Source: a candidate division WOR-3 bacterium
GTDB taxonomy: Bacteria > Hydrothermota > Hydrothermia > LBFQ01
Direction: 5' to 3'
DNA length: 64,000 bases
Assembly (NCBI GenBank): GCA_039802605.1
Contig: JBDRWW010000002.1
Span: 245,613-309,612, forward strand
Of this stretch, positions 48,500 through 58,586 are shown in pieces (within the stretch, counting starts at the first letter, position 1; each line of letters starts with the position of its first letter). The notes beneath the pieces are model-generated. The model was given only the letters and a program-made list of their open reading frames with translations. It made no database searches and was not told where the DNA came from. The position numbers and the translations under genes are program-made.

Positions 48500-48939
48500 T
48501 TATAGAGGCTTATGCCGGCAACAGCCGGAGAAATACGGGTTAGCGGAAATCCCGTACCTCCCAAGAAAATATTGAGAAAATCCCAACGCCGATCCCCCGA
48601 CCATACGCATTTTACCGTTATACCAAGGTCTTGAACTTATCCAGTTTGCCACATCAAGCCCGTCGTGTAAGGGACCCCAACCATCTGACATAAACGACAA
48701 CCTTATACCCGTACTTCCCCAATAACCCCTAAAAGTACTAACAACATATGCATAACCCAAAGAGGTTATAATGGGTATATACGAGGAACTTAACCCCAAA
48801 GTGTCGTAATTACGGGTAATGGAAGGGTATCCGGGCCGGATACGGCACTATCGGGCAACCATACATAAACCTTTAATGTTTCACCATCAACGGCCAAAAC
48901 ATTAGCGTTAAAGTGTATTACGCTTAGAACCCATACCAT
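48500..48939 (-). pseudogene. CocE/NonD (S15) hydrolase pseudogene fragment
   Basis: ATG 48939 gives ..DGETLKVYVWLP..PVI then a stop; another frame gives GYAYVV..FRG..GS.G, DG.DV.NWI..RPW.NGK...GGSALG; truncated before the catalytic Asp/His. Confidence 0.75.
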
Positions 48940-49271
48940 TATATGTTTATACTCTCGGCTATACTCCCAACTATGGGAACTTCTTTAACATTTCCCGTTA
49001 TCGCGTATATAAACCCTATAACCCTTAGGGCAAATAAACCGAGCCTTAATAGCCACGAGATGAACCCCCACATGGGTATCAGATTTTCGAGAACGAAGCC
49101 GGCTACAAAAAGAACAATATCACCCCCGAATATCACCAAGGACTGCTTTGCGTGGAATTTAACGAATTGACTATCAACCAACCAATAAAGTATAAAGAGT
49201 ATCCACAGATAACTCAAAGCCGCCACCAGCTTATTCTTTTCAATGTCCTCTTGTGTGATGTTTTCTTTCAT
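48939..49271 (-). CDS. DUF4870 family membrane protein
   Basis: AALSYL, FVKFHAKQS, G....VPIVG; start ATG 49271. Confidence 0.8.
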   Translation of the reverse strand: MKENITQEDIEKNKLVAALSYLWILFILYWLVDSQFVKFHAKQSLVIFGGDIVLFVAGFVLENLIPMWGFISWLLRLGLFALRVIGFIYAITGNVKEVPIVGSIAESINI

Positions 49272-49319
49272 AATGCAGGGATTATAAAGGTGATTTGTAA
49301 ACACCCTTAAAATTCCAAT

Positions 49320-50534
49320 ATGTTTTTGGCAATAACATCTTATATCCTAATTCCTATGGATGAAACCCAAACAGACCATTTAAGGGCCTATGGGGTTGTT
49401 TATTGGGTTATATCAAGGGGAGTTGAGATTGAGTGGCTTTTGAATTTTAGGGGGGGTTCATTTCTGATATACTCAAATTCTCCCGAGATAAAGAAAAGGT
49501 TGGTTGATAAAGGGGTGTATTACGAAAGTATTGGGGAAAGCGATAAATTGGAAATTGATGGGATAATTGAAAGGAGTAATATGTCAAAGGTTAAACTCCT
49601 GAGCCTTCCAAAATTGGCCGTTTATGCGCCAAAGTACGCGGAGCCTTGGGATGATGCGGTTAGGATGGCTTTGGATTATGCGGAAATACCATACGATCTA
49701 ATATGGGATGAGGAAATTTTGCAGGGGAAATTAAAAAATTATGATTGGGTTCATTTGCATCACGAGGACTTTACGGGGATGTTTGGAAAATTCTGGGCTG
49801 GATACTCCCATGCGGATTGGTATATAAATATGGTTAAAACATCCGAAGCGATTGCTAAAAAATACGGTTTCAAAAGCGTTAAGGAGGAAAAGTTGGCCGT
49901 TGCGAAAAAAATAAAGGAATTCGTTTCAAACGGAGGTTATCTGTTTGCCATGTGTTCTGCACCGATAACATTGGATTTGGCCTTGGCATCAGAAGGGGTT
50001 GATATACTTGATGTACCGTTTGATGGAACACCACCAGACCCAGACTATCAGCAAAAGTTGGATTTTTCAAAAACGCTTTTCTTGAAAAGTGCAAATATTA
50101 TAGCCAACCCTTACATATACGAACATTCGGATGCGGATGCCACAAAGGACATAGCGGCATTGGGGCCAAACTCTTACTTTTACCTTTACGAGTTTTCGGC
50201 AAAGGTTGATGAAATTCCCACAATGCTAACGCAAAACCATACGAGGGCTATAAGGGAGTTTTTGGGACAGGATTCGGGGATTTATAGGGACAAGTTGAAG
50301 GAAAATGTCATCGTTCTTGCGGAAAATACAAGGGTCCAAGCGGCAAAGTATATATTCTCGCAATACGGAAAGGGGTTTTTCAGTTTCTACTTTGGGCATG
50401 ACCCGGAGGATTACCAGCATTTCGTCGGAGAACCCCCAACGGACCTAAGCAAACACAAAAACTCCCCCGGTTATAGGATAATCTTAAACAACATTTTCTT
50501 ACCATCCGCCCAGAAGAAGAAGCTCAAAACATAA
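49320..50534 (+). CDS. Conserved FCB-type protein (class I GATase-like fold; often labelled asparagine synthetase B)
   Basis: LIPMDE, HLRAYG, WDDAV, HLHHEDFTG, FAMCSA, GHDPEDYQH, SPGYR. Confidence 0.7.
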   Translation: MFLAITSYILIPMDETQTDHLRAYGVVYWVISRGVEIEWLLNFRGGSFLIYSNSPEIKKRLVDKGVYYESIGESDKLEIDGIIERSNMSKVKLLSLPKLAVYAPKYAEPWDDAVRMALDYAEIPYDLIWDEEILQGKLKNYDWVHLHHEDFTGMFGKFWAGYSHADWYINMVKTSEAIAKKYGFKSVKEEKLAVAKKIKEFVSNGGYLFAMCSAPITLDLALASEGVDILDVPFDGTPPDPDYQQKLDFSKTLFLKSANIIANPYIYEHSDADATKDIAALGPNSYFYLYEFSAKVDEIPTMLTQNHTRAIREFLGQDSGIYRDKLKENVIVLAENTRVQAAKYIFSQYGKGFFSFYFGHDPEDYQHFVGEPPTDLSKHKNSPGYRIILNNIFLPSAQKKKLKT

Positions 50535-50587
50535 GTTTATCACCCTTATAATACCCGCAAAATTATGTAGGGGGATAAAAGGGTTAA

Positions 50588-51187
50588 ATGGTTAAAAGGG
50601 CGTCTTTCAAGTGGAAGGTATCCTATGTGGTTGCATACCCCTTTTTTAGGTTTGTTTTTGGTGTTAGGGGTTTTGGTCGTGAGAATGTACCCCTTGAAGG
50701 TCCGGTTATAATAGCATCAAATCATAGGAGTGGATGGGACCCCCCGGTTTTGGGATTCGCATCGCCCAGGGAGGTGCATTTCATAGCAAAGAGGGAATTG
50801 TTTAATCCGTTTCTATCCCCAATTATCAGGTTTTATAACGCACATCCCATTATAAGGTCTGCCGGCGCAAAGGGGGCATTATTGACCGCTTTAAATTTGC
50901 TTAAAAGTGGGCTTGCCATAATAATTTTCCCCGAGGGTACGAGGAACAGGACAAATGAACCCCTTCTCCCCCTTAGGAGGGGAATAGAATGGTTGGCCTA
51001 CAATGAGGAGATTTATGATAGGGTTGCGGTTGTTCCCACTTGGATAGAACATAAGAAAAGGGGGTTTGATGTGTTTTTCGGAAAACCCTTATATCCCAGA
51101 GAAATTGAAAGGGATGCCTTTTTAAACCTGTTAGGGGAAAAAATTTTAACCTTAAAGGAAAAAAAGGAGGTAGGGTATGGAGCTTGA
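50588..51187 (+). CDS. plsC: 1-acyl-sn-glycerol-3-phosphate acyltransferase
   Basis: NHRSGWD (HxxxxD), FPEGTR. Confidence 0.9.
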   Translation: MVKRASFKWKVSYVVAYPFFRFVFGVRGFGRENVPLEGPVIIASNHRSGWDPPVLGFASPREVHFIAKRELFNPFLSPIIRFYNAHPIIRSAGAKGALLTALNLLKSGLAIIIFPEGTRNRTNEPLLPLRRGIEWLAYNEEIYDRVAVVPTWIEHKKRGFDVFFGKPLYPREIERDAFLNLLGEKILTLKEKKEVGYGA

Positions 51188-52886
51188 AATTTTTAAGGAA
51201 GTGGAAAGTTTGCCGCAAGAGGTGTTAAAGGAGGGGGTAGAGAATTTGGATCTACCCCAAGAGGGAGAACTCGTAGAGGGTGTGGTAATGGCAATACAGG
51301 GGGATGAGGTCTTCATAGACATAGGCGGAAAGGCGGAAGGAAGCGTCCATATCTCCGAGTTCAAGGGTCAAATCCCCAAAATAGGCGAAAAGATCTTGGT
51401 GTATGTTGAAAAGGCCGATGGGGTAAGGGGTATAAAACTATCAAAATACAAAGCCGATTTTGAGAGGGCTTGGGACCAGATAAACGAGGCCTTCCAAAGC
51501 GGCGCCCTCGTAGAGGGTAAAATCACAAAAAGGAGTAGAGCCGGGTATATGGTGGATATTTTCGGAGTTGAAGCCTTTATGCCAAAATCCCTTTCCGGAG
51601 ATGTTAGTAAAATTAAAACCCTTCACAGTGGTAAAACCATTAGGGTGAAGATAGTAAAGGCGGATAAGGAGAGGAAATCCATAGTCGTATCCCGCAAGGA
51701 TGCCCTCGAAGAAGAGGAGATAATGGCCAAACAAAAATTATCCGAACTAAAACCCGGTATGGTTGTTAAGGGTGTGGTTAGCCACACCATAGAATCCGGT
51801 GTTTTTGTGGATATAGGTGGTGTTGAGGGTTTTGTTCATATAAGCGAACTGGCTTGGCATAGGCCAAGAAGGATAGAGGATGTGGTTAGGATAGGTGAGG
51901 AAATAACGGCCAAAGTTTTGGATGTGGATCCCGAAAAGAAAAAACTATCACTATCAATAAAACAGTTATTGCCCCATCCATGGGAGACCGTTGCGGAAAA
52001 ATATCCCGTTGGTTCAAAGGTTAAGGGTAGGATTACAAAACTGGTAGATTTCGGGGCGTTTGTTGAATTGGAACCCGGAGTTGAGGGCTTGGTTTATATA
52101 AGCGAGATAAGGTGGGGTAGGCCCCCTTCACATCCCTCCGAAGTCTTAAAAGTGGGGCAGGAGGTTGAGGCAATCGTACTAAATGTTGATGTTGAAAGGC
52201 AGAGGATTTCTTTGGGGATTAAGCAAACCCAACCCGACCCATGGACAACAGTTAGGGAAAGGTATAAGGTTGGGGATAGGGTTTCGGGAAGGATATACGA
52301 CTTTGATCAGTATGGGGCTTTTGTTGAACTGGACGATGGACTTGTAGGATACTTGCACATATCAAACATCTCTTGGACCAAAAAGTTTAGGCATCCATCC
52401 GAGGCGTTAAAGAAGGGTAAGTTATATGACTTCTATGTCCTCGGAATAAACGAAAAGGGGCATTTTGTAGAACTATCATTAAAGCACCTATATCCCAATC
52501 CTTGGGATAAAATCCGGAAAGAAATGGGAGAGGGCACACCCGTTGAGGTTGTGGTTAGGGGCGCTTCAAGTAAGGGCCTGATGGTTGAGTTACCGGAATA
52601 TCAAATAGAAGGGTTTATACCGGTATCCCAACTCGTTAAGAAGTCGCCCTTCGATTACGAAAAGGGTCAAAGGATAAATGTGACCATACTATCTTTGGAG
52701 CCGGATAAGAAGAGAATAGTCTTTTCGGAGAAGGGATACCAGAAGATAAAGGAGGCCGAAGAAAAGGAAAGGATGAAGGAAGAAATGGCAAAACAGGAAA
52801 AGAAGATAGCGGAAGGAAAACCCACCCTGAGCCTCGGAGACATATTAAAGCAGGAAATGGAAAGGTTGAAGAAGTTGAAGGAGTAA
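51177..52886 (+). CDS. rpsA: 30S ribosomal protein S1
   Basis: Six S1 repeats (GVFVDIGG.EGFVHISEL, FGAFVELEPGVEGL). Confidence 0.95.
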   Translation: MELEIFKEVESLPQEVLKEGVENLDLPQEGELVEGVVMAIQGDEVFIDIGGKAEGSVHISEFKGQIPKIGEKILVYVEKADGVRGIKLSKYKADFERAWDQINEAFQSGALVEGKITKRSRAGYMVDIFGVEAFMPKSLSGDVSKIKTLHSGKTIRVKIVKADKERKSIVVSRKDALEEEEIMAKQKLSELKPGMVVKGVVSHTIESGVFVDIGGVEGFVHISELAWHRPRRIEDVVRIGEEITAKVLDVDPEKKKLSLSIKQLLPHPWETVAEKYPVGSKVKGRITKLVDFGAFVELEPGVEGLVYISEIRWGRPPSHPSEVLKVGQEVEAIVLNVDVERQRISLGIKQTQPDPWTTVRERYKVGDRVSGRIYDFDQYGAFVELDDGLVGYLHISNISWTKKFRHPSEALKKGKLYDFYVLGINEKGHFVELSLKHLYPNPWDKIRKEMGEGTPVEVVVRGASSKGLMVELPEYQIEGFIPVSQLVKKSPFDYEKGQRINVTILSLEPDKKRIVFSEKGYQKIKEAEEKERMKEEMAKQEKKIAEGKPTLSLGDILKQEMERLKKLKE

Positions 52887-52889
52887 AAA

Positions 52890-53906
52890 TTGTTCGGGCG
52901 GGGGTTTATATTTGCCGTATTTCAGATATATTATCCGGAGAGCACATTGGTTTATGCAAAGATGACGGCCCCCGCCCGCATATTCATATCCAAAAGGGAT
53001 ACGATAAGGTGGAAGATATCTTTGGATGTATCGGGTTTGTGCACAAAGGTTGAGTATAGGGAATCGGTAATTACGGATGAGGGGAGGATAATATCGGATA
53101 GCGTAATTTGTGTTTTAAAAGGCGAAAGGGTATTTAAAATATATGCCGAAATTGTGGATTACAATTCGGGGAAGGTTTTAAGGAATTTAAAAACGGGAAA
53201 CCTCAAAAACCCCAAAGATATGTTTGTATCTTCACTGATATACGATTATGTTGAAAACGGCGTTAAGTTAAAATTGAGGGTTTTTTCCGAAAGGGAAAGG
53301 GATGTAAAAGTCAAGTTTGGCATAAAAAACCAATGGGAGGCGTGGAAGTATTTTGACGAGATTAAAGCCCATATTGGCGGTGAAACCCTTGTTGAATACC
53401 TTATACCCAAGAAGTATTTGGCCTTTGGCGAGGTTAGGTTTTGGGCTAACATAGACGGTGTAATTAGGGAAACGGAAGTTTTGTTTAACGAGTTCAACAT
53501 TGAAAACGATCGGGATTTTGATGTTTTGCTTTCCGTTTTGGACTTCGTTTATGGCAAGAAAACGGATATATTAAAGGGAAAGAAGGGGGAGGAGAGGTTA
53601 AGGGCTTGGGAGGAATTTTGGGAAACCGTTGGGGGGCAAAAGGCAAAGGAGGAGTTTTTGGATAGGTTATATGTGGGTATGCAGTTGTATCCGAGCAATA
53701 TGAGGAACAAAATATCCGATAGGGCATTGGTATATACCAAGTTTGGCCCCCCGGATGAAATAGTTTCCGAACCTTTTAGGTTGGAAGGCAAACCCTATGA
53801 AGTTTGGTATTACCATAGGTTGGGTTTGAGGTTCGTTTTTGTTGATTTTGATGGAACGGGGGATTATAGACTTGTCCCGGAAGGGTATTTGGATATATTG
53901 AGGTGA
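52890..53906 (+). CDS. GWxTD-domain-like protein
   Basis: EFW...EF..R, SDRALVYTKFGPPDEI, YEVWYY, FVFVD..GTGDYRL; the GWxT motif itself is degenerate. Confidence 0.65.
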   Translation: MFGRGFIFAVFQIYYPESTLVYAKMTAPARIFISKRDTIRWKISLDVSGLCTKVEYRESVITDEGRIISDSVICVLKGERVFKIYAEIVDYNSGKVLRNLKTGNLKNPKDMFVSSLIYDYVENGVKLKLRVFSERERDVKVKFGIKNQWEAWKYFDEIKAHIGGETLVEYLIPKKYLAFGEVRFWANIDGVIRETEVLFNEFNIENDRDFDVLLSVLDFVYGKKTDILKGKKGEERLRAWEEFWETVGGQKAKEEFLDRLYVGMQLYPSNMRNKISDRALVYTKFGPPDEIVSEPFRLEGKPYEVWYYHRLGLRFVFVDFDGTGDYRLVPEGYLDILR

Positions 53907-55000
53907 AGGTAGGTATAATATCGTACTTTTTCCCACCGAACAATTCCTCGGGGGCACAAAGGTGGTCAAAGCTCGCGGAATATCTGAAAGATAAGGGTGT
54001 TGATGTGTTTGTTATTTCTTCAATAGGGGATAGGTTTGGTGGTGAGGATTATGAGAGGTTTGGGCTTTTGAAAAGGGTTATAAGGATATATCCCCTGAGG
54101 TATTCCCAACCTTACAGGTTTCCCGTGCACGGAAAATTAAACCTTTTAAAGTTCTTTATAGTTCTGGATAGCAGGGTTTTGTTCTTCGTAAAGTATTACA
54201 GAGAAATTTCTGCCATTTTGAAAAGGGAAATGCCGGATGTTGTAATAATTTCCGTTCCTCCCTTCTCGTCGGTTTTAACGGTTCGCACATTGCTAAAACT
54301 TAAAATCCCCTATATAGTGGATTTAAGGGATGTTTGGTTTTATGATCCAAGAAGGCCTAACAAATTGGCGGATTTTACAATTGAAATGTGGGCTTTAAAA
54401 AATGCGAGGGGTGTTTTTTGCATAAACGACTATTCCTTAAAGGAGGTGAAAATGTTCAACAAAAACGCCTTTTTGATACCGCATTTTTACAACCCGAAAG
54501 AGTATGAGGTTGAACCCATTAACCATTCAGACATATGGGTTTCCCATATAGGCAGCCTTTTTAACGAGAGGGATATAAATCCCCTTATAAATGCCCTTAG
54601 GGATATGGGTTTAACTTTAAGGTTGGTGGGTCCGGGTTCGGAAAGGTTTGGTGGGTTGGGACCCGTTGAAAGGCGCGTGGCTATAAGGGAAATGGTTTCC
54701 GCGGATATATTGGTTGCCATATTCGGAGAAGGTGAAGATCAGAAATACGTTTCATCCGTAAAACTGTTTGAATATTTGGGTGCGAAAAAGCCTATAATAG
54801 TTATATCTCCAAAGGGATATATCAAAAGGGTTGCGGAAGAATTGGGCTTGGGCATATGTAAGAATTCGGAAGATGATATCAAAAGGTGTATAGGAGAGGC
54901 TTTAAAGGGGAAGTACAAACCCAAAAATTCCGACAAATATACCCTTGAAAGGGTTGGGGATGAAATTCTGACCTTATTGCAAATGATTTGCAAAACCTGA
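53903..55000 (+). CDS. GT4 glycosyltransferase
   Basis: YFFPP..SGAQR, DLRDVW, KLFEYL...KPI. Confidence 0.82.
   Translation: MKVGIISYFFPPNNSSGAQRWSKLAEYLKDKGVDVFVISSIGDRFGGEDYERFGLLKRVIRIYPLRYSQPYRFPVHGKLNLLKFFIVLDSRVLFFVKYYREISAILKREMPDVVIISVPPFSSVLTVRTLLKLKIPYIVDLRDVWFYDPRRPNKLADFTIEMWALKNARGVFCINDYSLKEVKMFNKNAFLIPHFYNPKEYEVEPINHSDIWVSHIGSLFNERDINPLINALRDMGLTLRLVGPGSERFGGLGPVERRVAIREMVSADILVAIFGEGEDQKYVSSVKLFEYLGAKKPIIVISPKGYIKRVAEELGLGICKNSEDDIKRCIGEALKGKYKPKNSDKYTLERVGDEILTLLQMICKT
54977..54993. promoter_or_regulatory. Perfect 8-1-8 palindrome TTGCAAATGATTTGCAA (Fur/Mur-like operator candidate)
   Basis: About 45 nt upstream of the FTR1 iron permease start. Confidence 0.55.
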
Positions 55001-55036
55001 CCTTTTTGGTAAGGATTACAATCCGAGAATTATCGG

Positions 55037-57004
55037 TTGATTATGCTTTGGCTATTTGTAGGAATATCAACGGAAAGGGCTATAAGCATTTTGGATTATA
55101 TTGCAAGGGATTATAGGGATGTTGTTTCAAATGGTGAGGTTGTGGATACCACCGAGTGGGAAGAGATAACGGGTTTTGCAAAGGAGTTAAAGGGTGCGGG
55201 TTATACATTTGCGGATACGCTCTTAAAGCTTATGGAAAGAAAAGTTCCTTACGACTCCTTGGTTTCATATATAAAATCCGTAAAAACCTCATTGGGAACG
55301 AGGTTAAAGGTATCCCCGCCAATTCCAGACCTTTTGAGGGGTAAGCAGTTGTATATAAAACATTGCTCCTCTTGCCACGGGGAGGATGGCAGATCAAATA
55401 CGCCATTGGCTCAAAATATGGATCCAAAACCGAGGATACTTTATAAAAACGAGGATTTAAGCCTTATAGGGGTTTTTCAGGTTATAACTTATGGGGTTGA
55501 GGGGACGCCTATGCCGTCCTTTTCAAATTTGAGCGAAAAGGAAAGATGGGATATAGCCTTTTATGTGATGTCTTTGGGTAGAAAAAGTGGTGATATGGTT
55601 TTCCCCCTAAGCATATCGGATATGGTTATGCTTAGCGATGCGGAACTCTATGAAAAAATGAAATCCTTAGGAATTGAAAACCCGGAAGATTATATAAACG
55701 CTTTGAGGACAAGACCCGATTTATACCTATCCCAAAAGCCAAAGGACAAGTTGTTAAAATACCTAAACTTGGCCCTTGTGCTTACAAAAGGTGGAAATTT
55801 TGATAAGGCCAAGGAGGTATTACTTGATGCGTATTTTGAAGGTTTTGAACCCTTGGAAGGTATATTAAGTCCGCAAAAGGTTAAGGAGGTAGAATTAAAA
55901 TTCAATAACATCAGGGAAATGCTTGATAAAGGGGATTTTAGGGCATACGATGAAATATTATCGCTAAAAGAGGAGGTTTTAAAACTCAACGGTTTTAACC
56001 CCTGGTTTGCCTTTATAGGTTCCTTTGGAATCATTTTCAGGGAGGGTTTGGAGGCAATACTTATAATTGCTGCCATCTTGGCCGTTTTATACTCATTGGG
56101 ATATAGAAGGGAAGGTGTATATGTCCATATTGGTTGGATTTCCGCAATACTCATAGGTGTTATACTCTGGGTTGTTGCCCAAGTGGCCGTTAAAATATCG
56201 GGAGCCAGTAGGGAATTGGTTGAAGGTATATCCGCACTTTTGGCCTCCGTTGTCTTATTCCAAGTGGGGCATTGGATGTTGGCAAATTCGGATGCACAAA
56301 AATGGAAGAATTATATAAAGTCATCGGTTAAAAAGAGTTTGCAAAAAACCCAAACCTTTGGTTTGTTTGCGCTTTCCTTTATAGCGACTTTTAGGGAGGT
56401 TTTTGAGACGATTTTGTTCTATCAGGCCTTGTATATGCAAACGGGTGAAAGGTTGGCGCTTGTAGGGGGTTTTGTTTTGGGAGTGATTTCCCTAGTCCTC
56501 ATCGCCTGGAGTATCTTCTTTTTGAAAAAGAGGCTTCCCCTCTCGCAATTCTTTGCGATAAGCGGGGGTTTGCTTTTGATCCTATCCTTCACATTGGTGG
56601 GTAAGGGTGTAAAGGCATTCCAGGAAGCGACACTGTTACCTATAACCCATATACCTTGGATGCCTTCTTTCGAACTTTTGGGGATTTATCCCACGGTTGA
56701 AACTATAACCGCCCAATTCCTTATAATACTCGGGATTTCATTGGTGTTCTCGATTAAACTTTATCAGGAAAACACCCGCAGAAAGGAAATACTCAACAGG
56801 GTTTTTGAATTGGAGAGGGAGATAAGGGATATATCCGCATCCATTGAGAACATAAGGTGTAGCATAGGGACATGTATATTGGAAAGCCAAATGGACAAGG
56901 TTAGGGAGGCTTTGAGGGGTATGGAGAGGGAACTGGTTAGCATTGAGGAAAAACTAACCACATTTGAGGAGGTTATACAGGGTTATAATTCCCACCATGT
57001 TTGA
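55037..57004 (+). CDS. Cytochrome c / FTR1 family iron permease
   Basis: [18 protein letters not shown] and REVFE (RExxE) motifs. Confidence 0.9.
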   Translation: MIMLWLFVGISTERAISILDYIARDYRDVVSNGEVVDTTEWEEITGFAKELKGAGYTFADTLLKLMERKVPYDSLVSYIKSVKTSLGTRLKVSPPIPDLLRGKQLYIKHCSSCHGEDGRSNTPLAQNMDPKPRILYKNEDLSLIGVFQVITYGVEGTPMPSFSNLSEKERWDIAFYVMSLGRKSGDMVFPLSISDMVMLSDAELYEKMKSLGIENPEDYINALRTRPDLYLSQKPKDKLLKYLNLALVLTKGGNFDKAKEVLLDAYFEGFEPLEGILSPQKVKEVELKFNNIREMLDKGDFRAYDEILSLKEEVLKLNGFNPWFAFIGSFGIIFREGLEAILIIAAILAVLYSLGYRREGVYVHIGWISAILIGVILWVVAQVAVKISGASRELVEGISALLASVVLFQVGHWMLANSDAQKWKNYIKSSVKKSLQKTQTFGLFALSFIATFREVFETILFYQALYMQTGERLALVGGFVLGVISLVLIAWSIFFLKKRLPLSQFFAISGGLLLILSFTLVGKGVKAFQEATLLPITHIPWMPSFELLGIYPTVETITAQFLIILGISLVFSIKLYQENTRRKEILNRVFELEREIRDISASIENIRCSIGTCILESQMDKVREALRGMERELVSIEEKLTTFEEVIQGYNSHHV

Positions 57005-57869
57005 CAGAAAACCGCAATGGTTGAAAATAAAACTCAAAACGGATGGTAAATTTTTAGATGTTAAATCCACATTAAAAAGCCACAACCTATATACGGTTTG
57101 CGAAGAGGCGAGATGTCCGAACATTTATGAGTGCTGGGGGCATGGGACGGCTACGATTATGATTTTGGGGGATGTATGCACAAGGGGTTGCAGGTTTTGT
57201 GCGGTTAAAACCGGAAATCCGAGGGGGTGGGTTGATAGGGATGAACCTATGAATGTCGCCAAGGCCATAAGCAGATTAAACCTTAGGTATATAGTTTTAA
57301 CCATGGTTGATAGGGATGATCTGCCCGATGGGGGGGCTTCCCATGTTGCAAAAACGATATTTTACATAAAAATGCTGAGGCCGGATGTTAAGGTTGAGGC
57401 CCTTGTGGGGGATTTTCAGGGAAATACCCAAAGCATAGAAACGGTTGTGAATTCACCCTTGGATGTTTTTGCCCATAATGTTGAAACCGTTAGGAGGCTA
57501 ACCCCAAAGGTTAGGGATAGGAGGGCATCTTATGAGCAATCCCTCTTTGTTCTTGAATACGCAAAGAGTATAAGGCCGGAGATATATACAAAATCAAGCA
57601 TAATGGTGGGCTTGGGGGAAAGGGAAGAAGAGGTTTTGGAAACGCTTAGGGATTTGAGGAATGTGGGTGTGGATATAGTAACCATAGGCCAATACCTCCA
57701 ACCAACACCAAAACACTTACCGGTGGCGGAATATGTACCACCGGAAAGGTTTAGGTTTTACAGGGAAGAGGCTCTGAAAATGGGATTTAAGGAGGTGTTC
57801 TCAGGGCCCTTGGTAAGGTCATCTTACAGGGCGGATAAGGTTTTCTTTGAGGCAACTCAAAAGGTATAA
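56997..57869 (+). CDS. lipA: Lipoyl synthase
   Basis: [24 protein letters not shown]. Confidence 0.96.
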   Translation: MFDRKPQWLKIKLKTDGKFLDVKSTLKSHNLYTVCEEARCPNIYECWGHGTATIMILGDVCTRGCRFCAVKTGNPRGWVDRDEPMNVAKAISRLNLRYIVLTMVDRDDLPDGGASHVAKTIFYIKMLRPDVKVEALVGDFQGNTQSIETVVNSPLDVFAHNVETVRRLTPKVRDRRASYEQSLFVLEYAKSIRPEIYTKSSIMVGLGEREEEVLETLRDLRNVGVDIVTIGQYLQPTPKHLPVAEYVPPERFRFYREEALKMGFKEVFSGPLVRSSYRADKVFFEATQKV

Positions 57870-58586
57870 CTTTAAACTATCAATCAAGGGGAATATTTTT
57901 AAGCCTGGCGACAGATAATCTTCGGGAATTTGTATTACACATTTGTTTTCAAAACCCAACCTGTTTTTGAAGCCGTAAGGCACGATTAAAATATCAAATC
58001 CCTTTCCCAAAACATCCTCGGTTGATACGGGTTTATATCCCCTTAAATAACCAAAGGCGTTCTTCCCACCAAAGAGTTCCAGAATCTCCGAAATGTATGT
58101 ATCATCACCCGCTACATATACGGGGGATTCGGAAATCTGAACGGCAAATGTGAAATCCGGCAAAGGGTTTATACCCTTAACGAATTCCTTAATACTGTCC
58201 GCCAATGCCCTCGCCCTTTTTTCCCTACCGAGAATGTTGCCGAGTTCAACTATATCCTTTGTAAGTTCCTCAACGCTTTCGGGTGAAAAGTCGTAGGTTT
58301 TTATACCGAGATTTTCCAAATTCCTTTTGACATTTGCCTGCATTGGCAATGTTATTATAACCAAAGAGGGTTTTATCGTTTTTATCATTTCGTAATCCGG
58401 GTTTAAAAGGTCTCCAACAACCGGTTTTTCACCTTTATATGGGCTGTAAGTGGAAACACCGACGAGTTTATCCTTAGTGTCCAAGGCGTATATAATTTCA
58501 TCGGCAGAGGGAACCAAAGATACTATACCCCCCCTACCCTGCGGGATGCAGGAAAGGATTAAAAGCACCAAACTAAACCTTTTCAT
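57819..58586 (-). CDS. Helical-backbone metal receptor lipoprotein (BtuF-like)
   Basis: [24 protein letters not shown]....PD.E.I. Confidence 0.75.
   Translation of the reverse strand: MKRFSLVLLILSCIPQGRGGIVSLVPSADEIIYALDTKDKLVGVSTYSPYKGEKPVVGDLLNPDYEMIKTIKPSLVIITLPMQANVKRNLENLGIKTYDFSPESVEELTKDIVELGNILGREKRARALADSIKEFVKGINPLPDFTFAVQISESPVYVAGDDTYISEILELFGGKNAFGYLRGYKPVSTEDVLGKGFDILIVPYGFKNRLGFENKCVIQIPEDYLSPGLKIFPLIDSLKLYLLSCLKENLIRPVR

Noticed and set aside
39225..48939. Prophage, integron or ICE
   Set aside because: No integrase, phage genes, attC sites or tRNA-derived att repeat were seen
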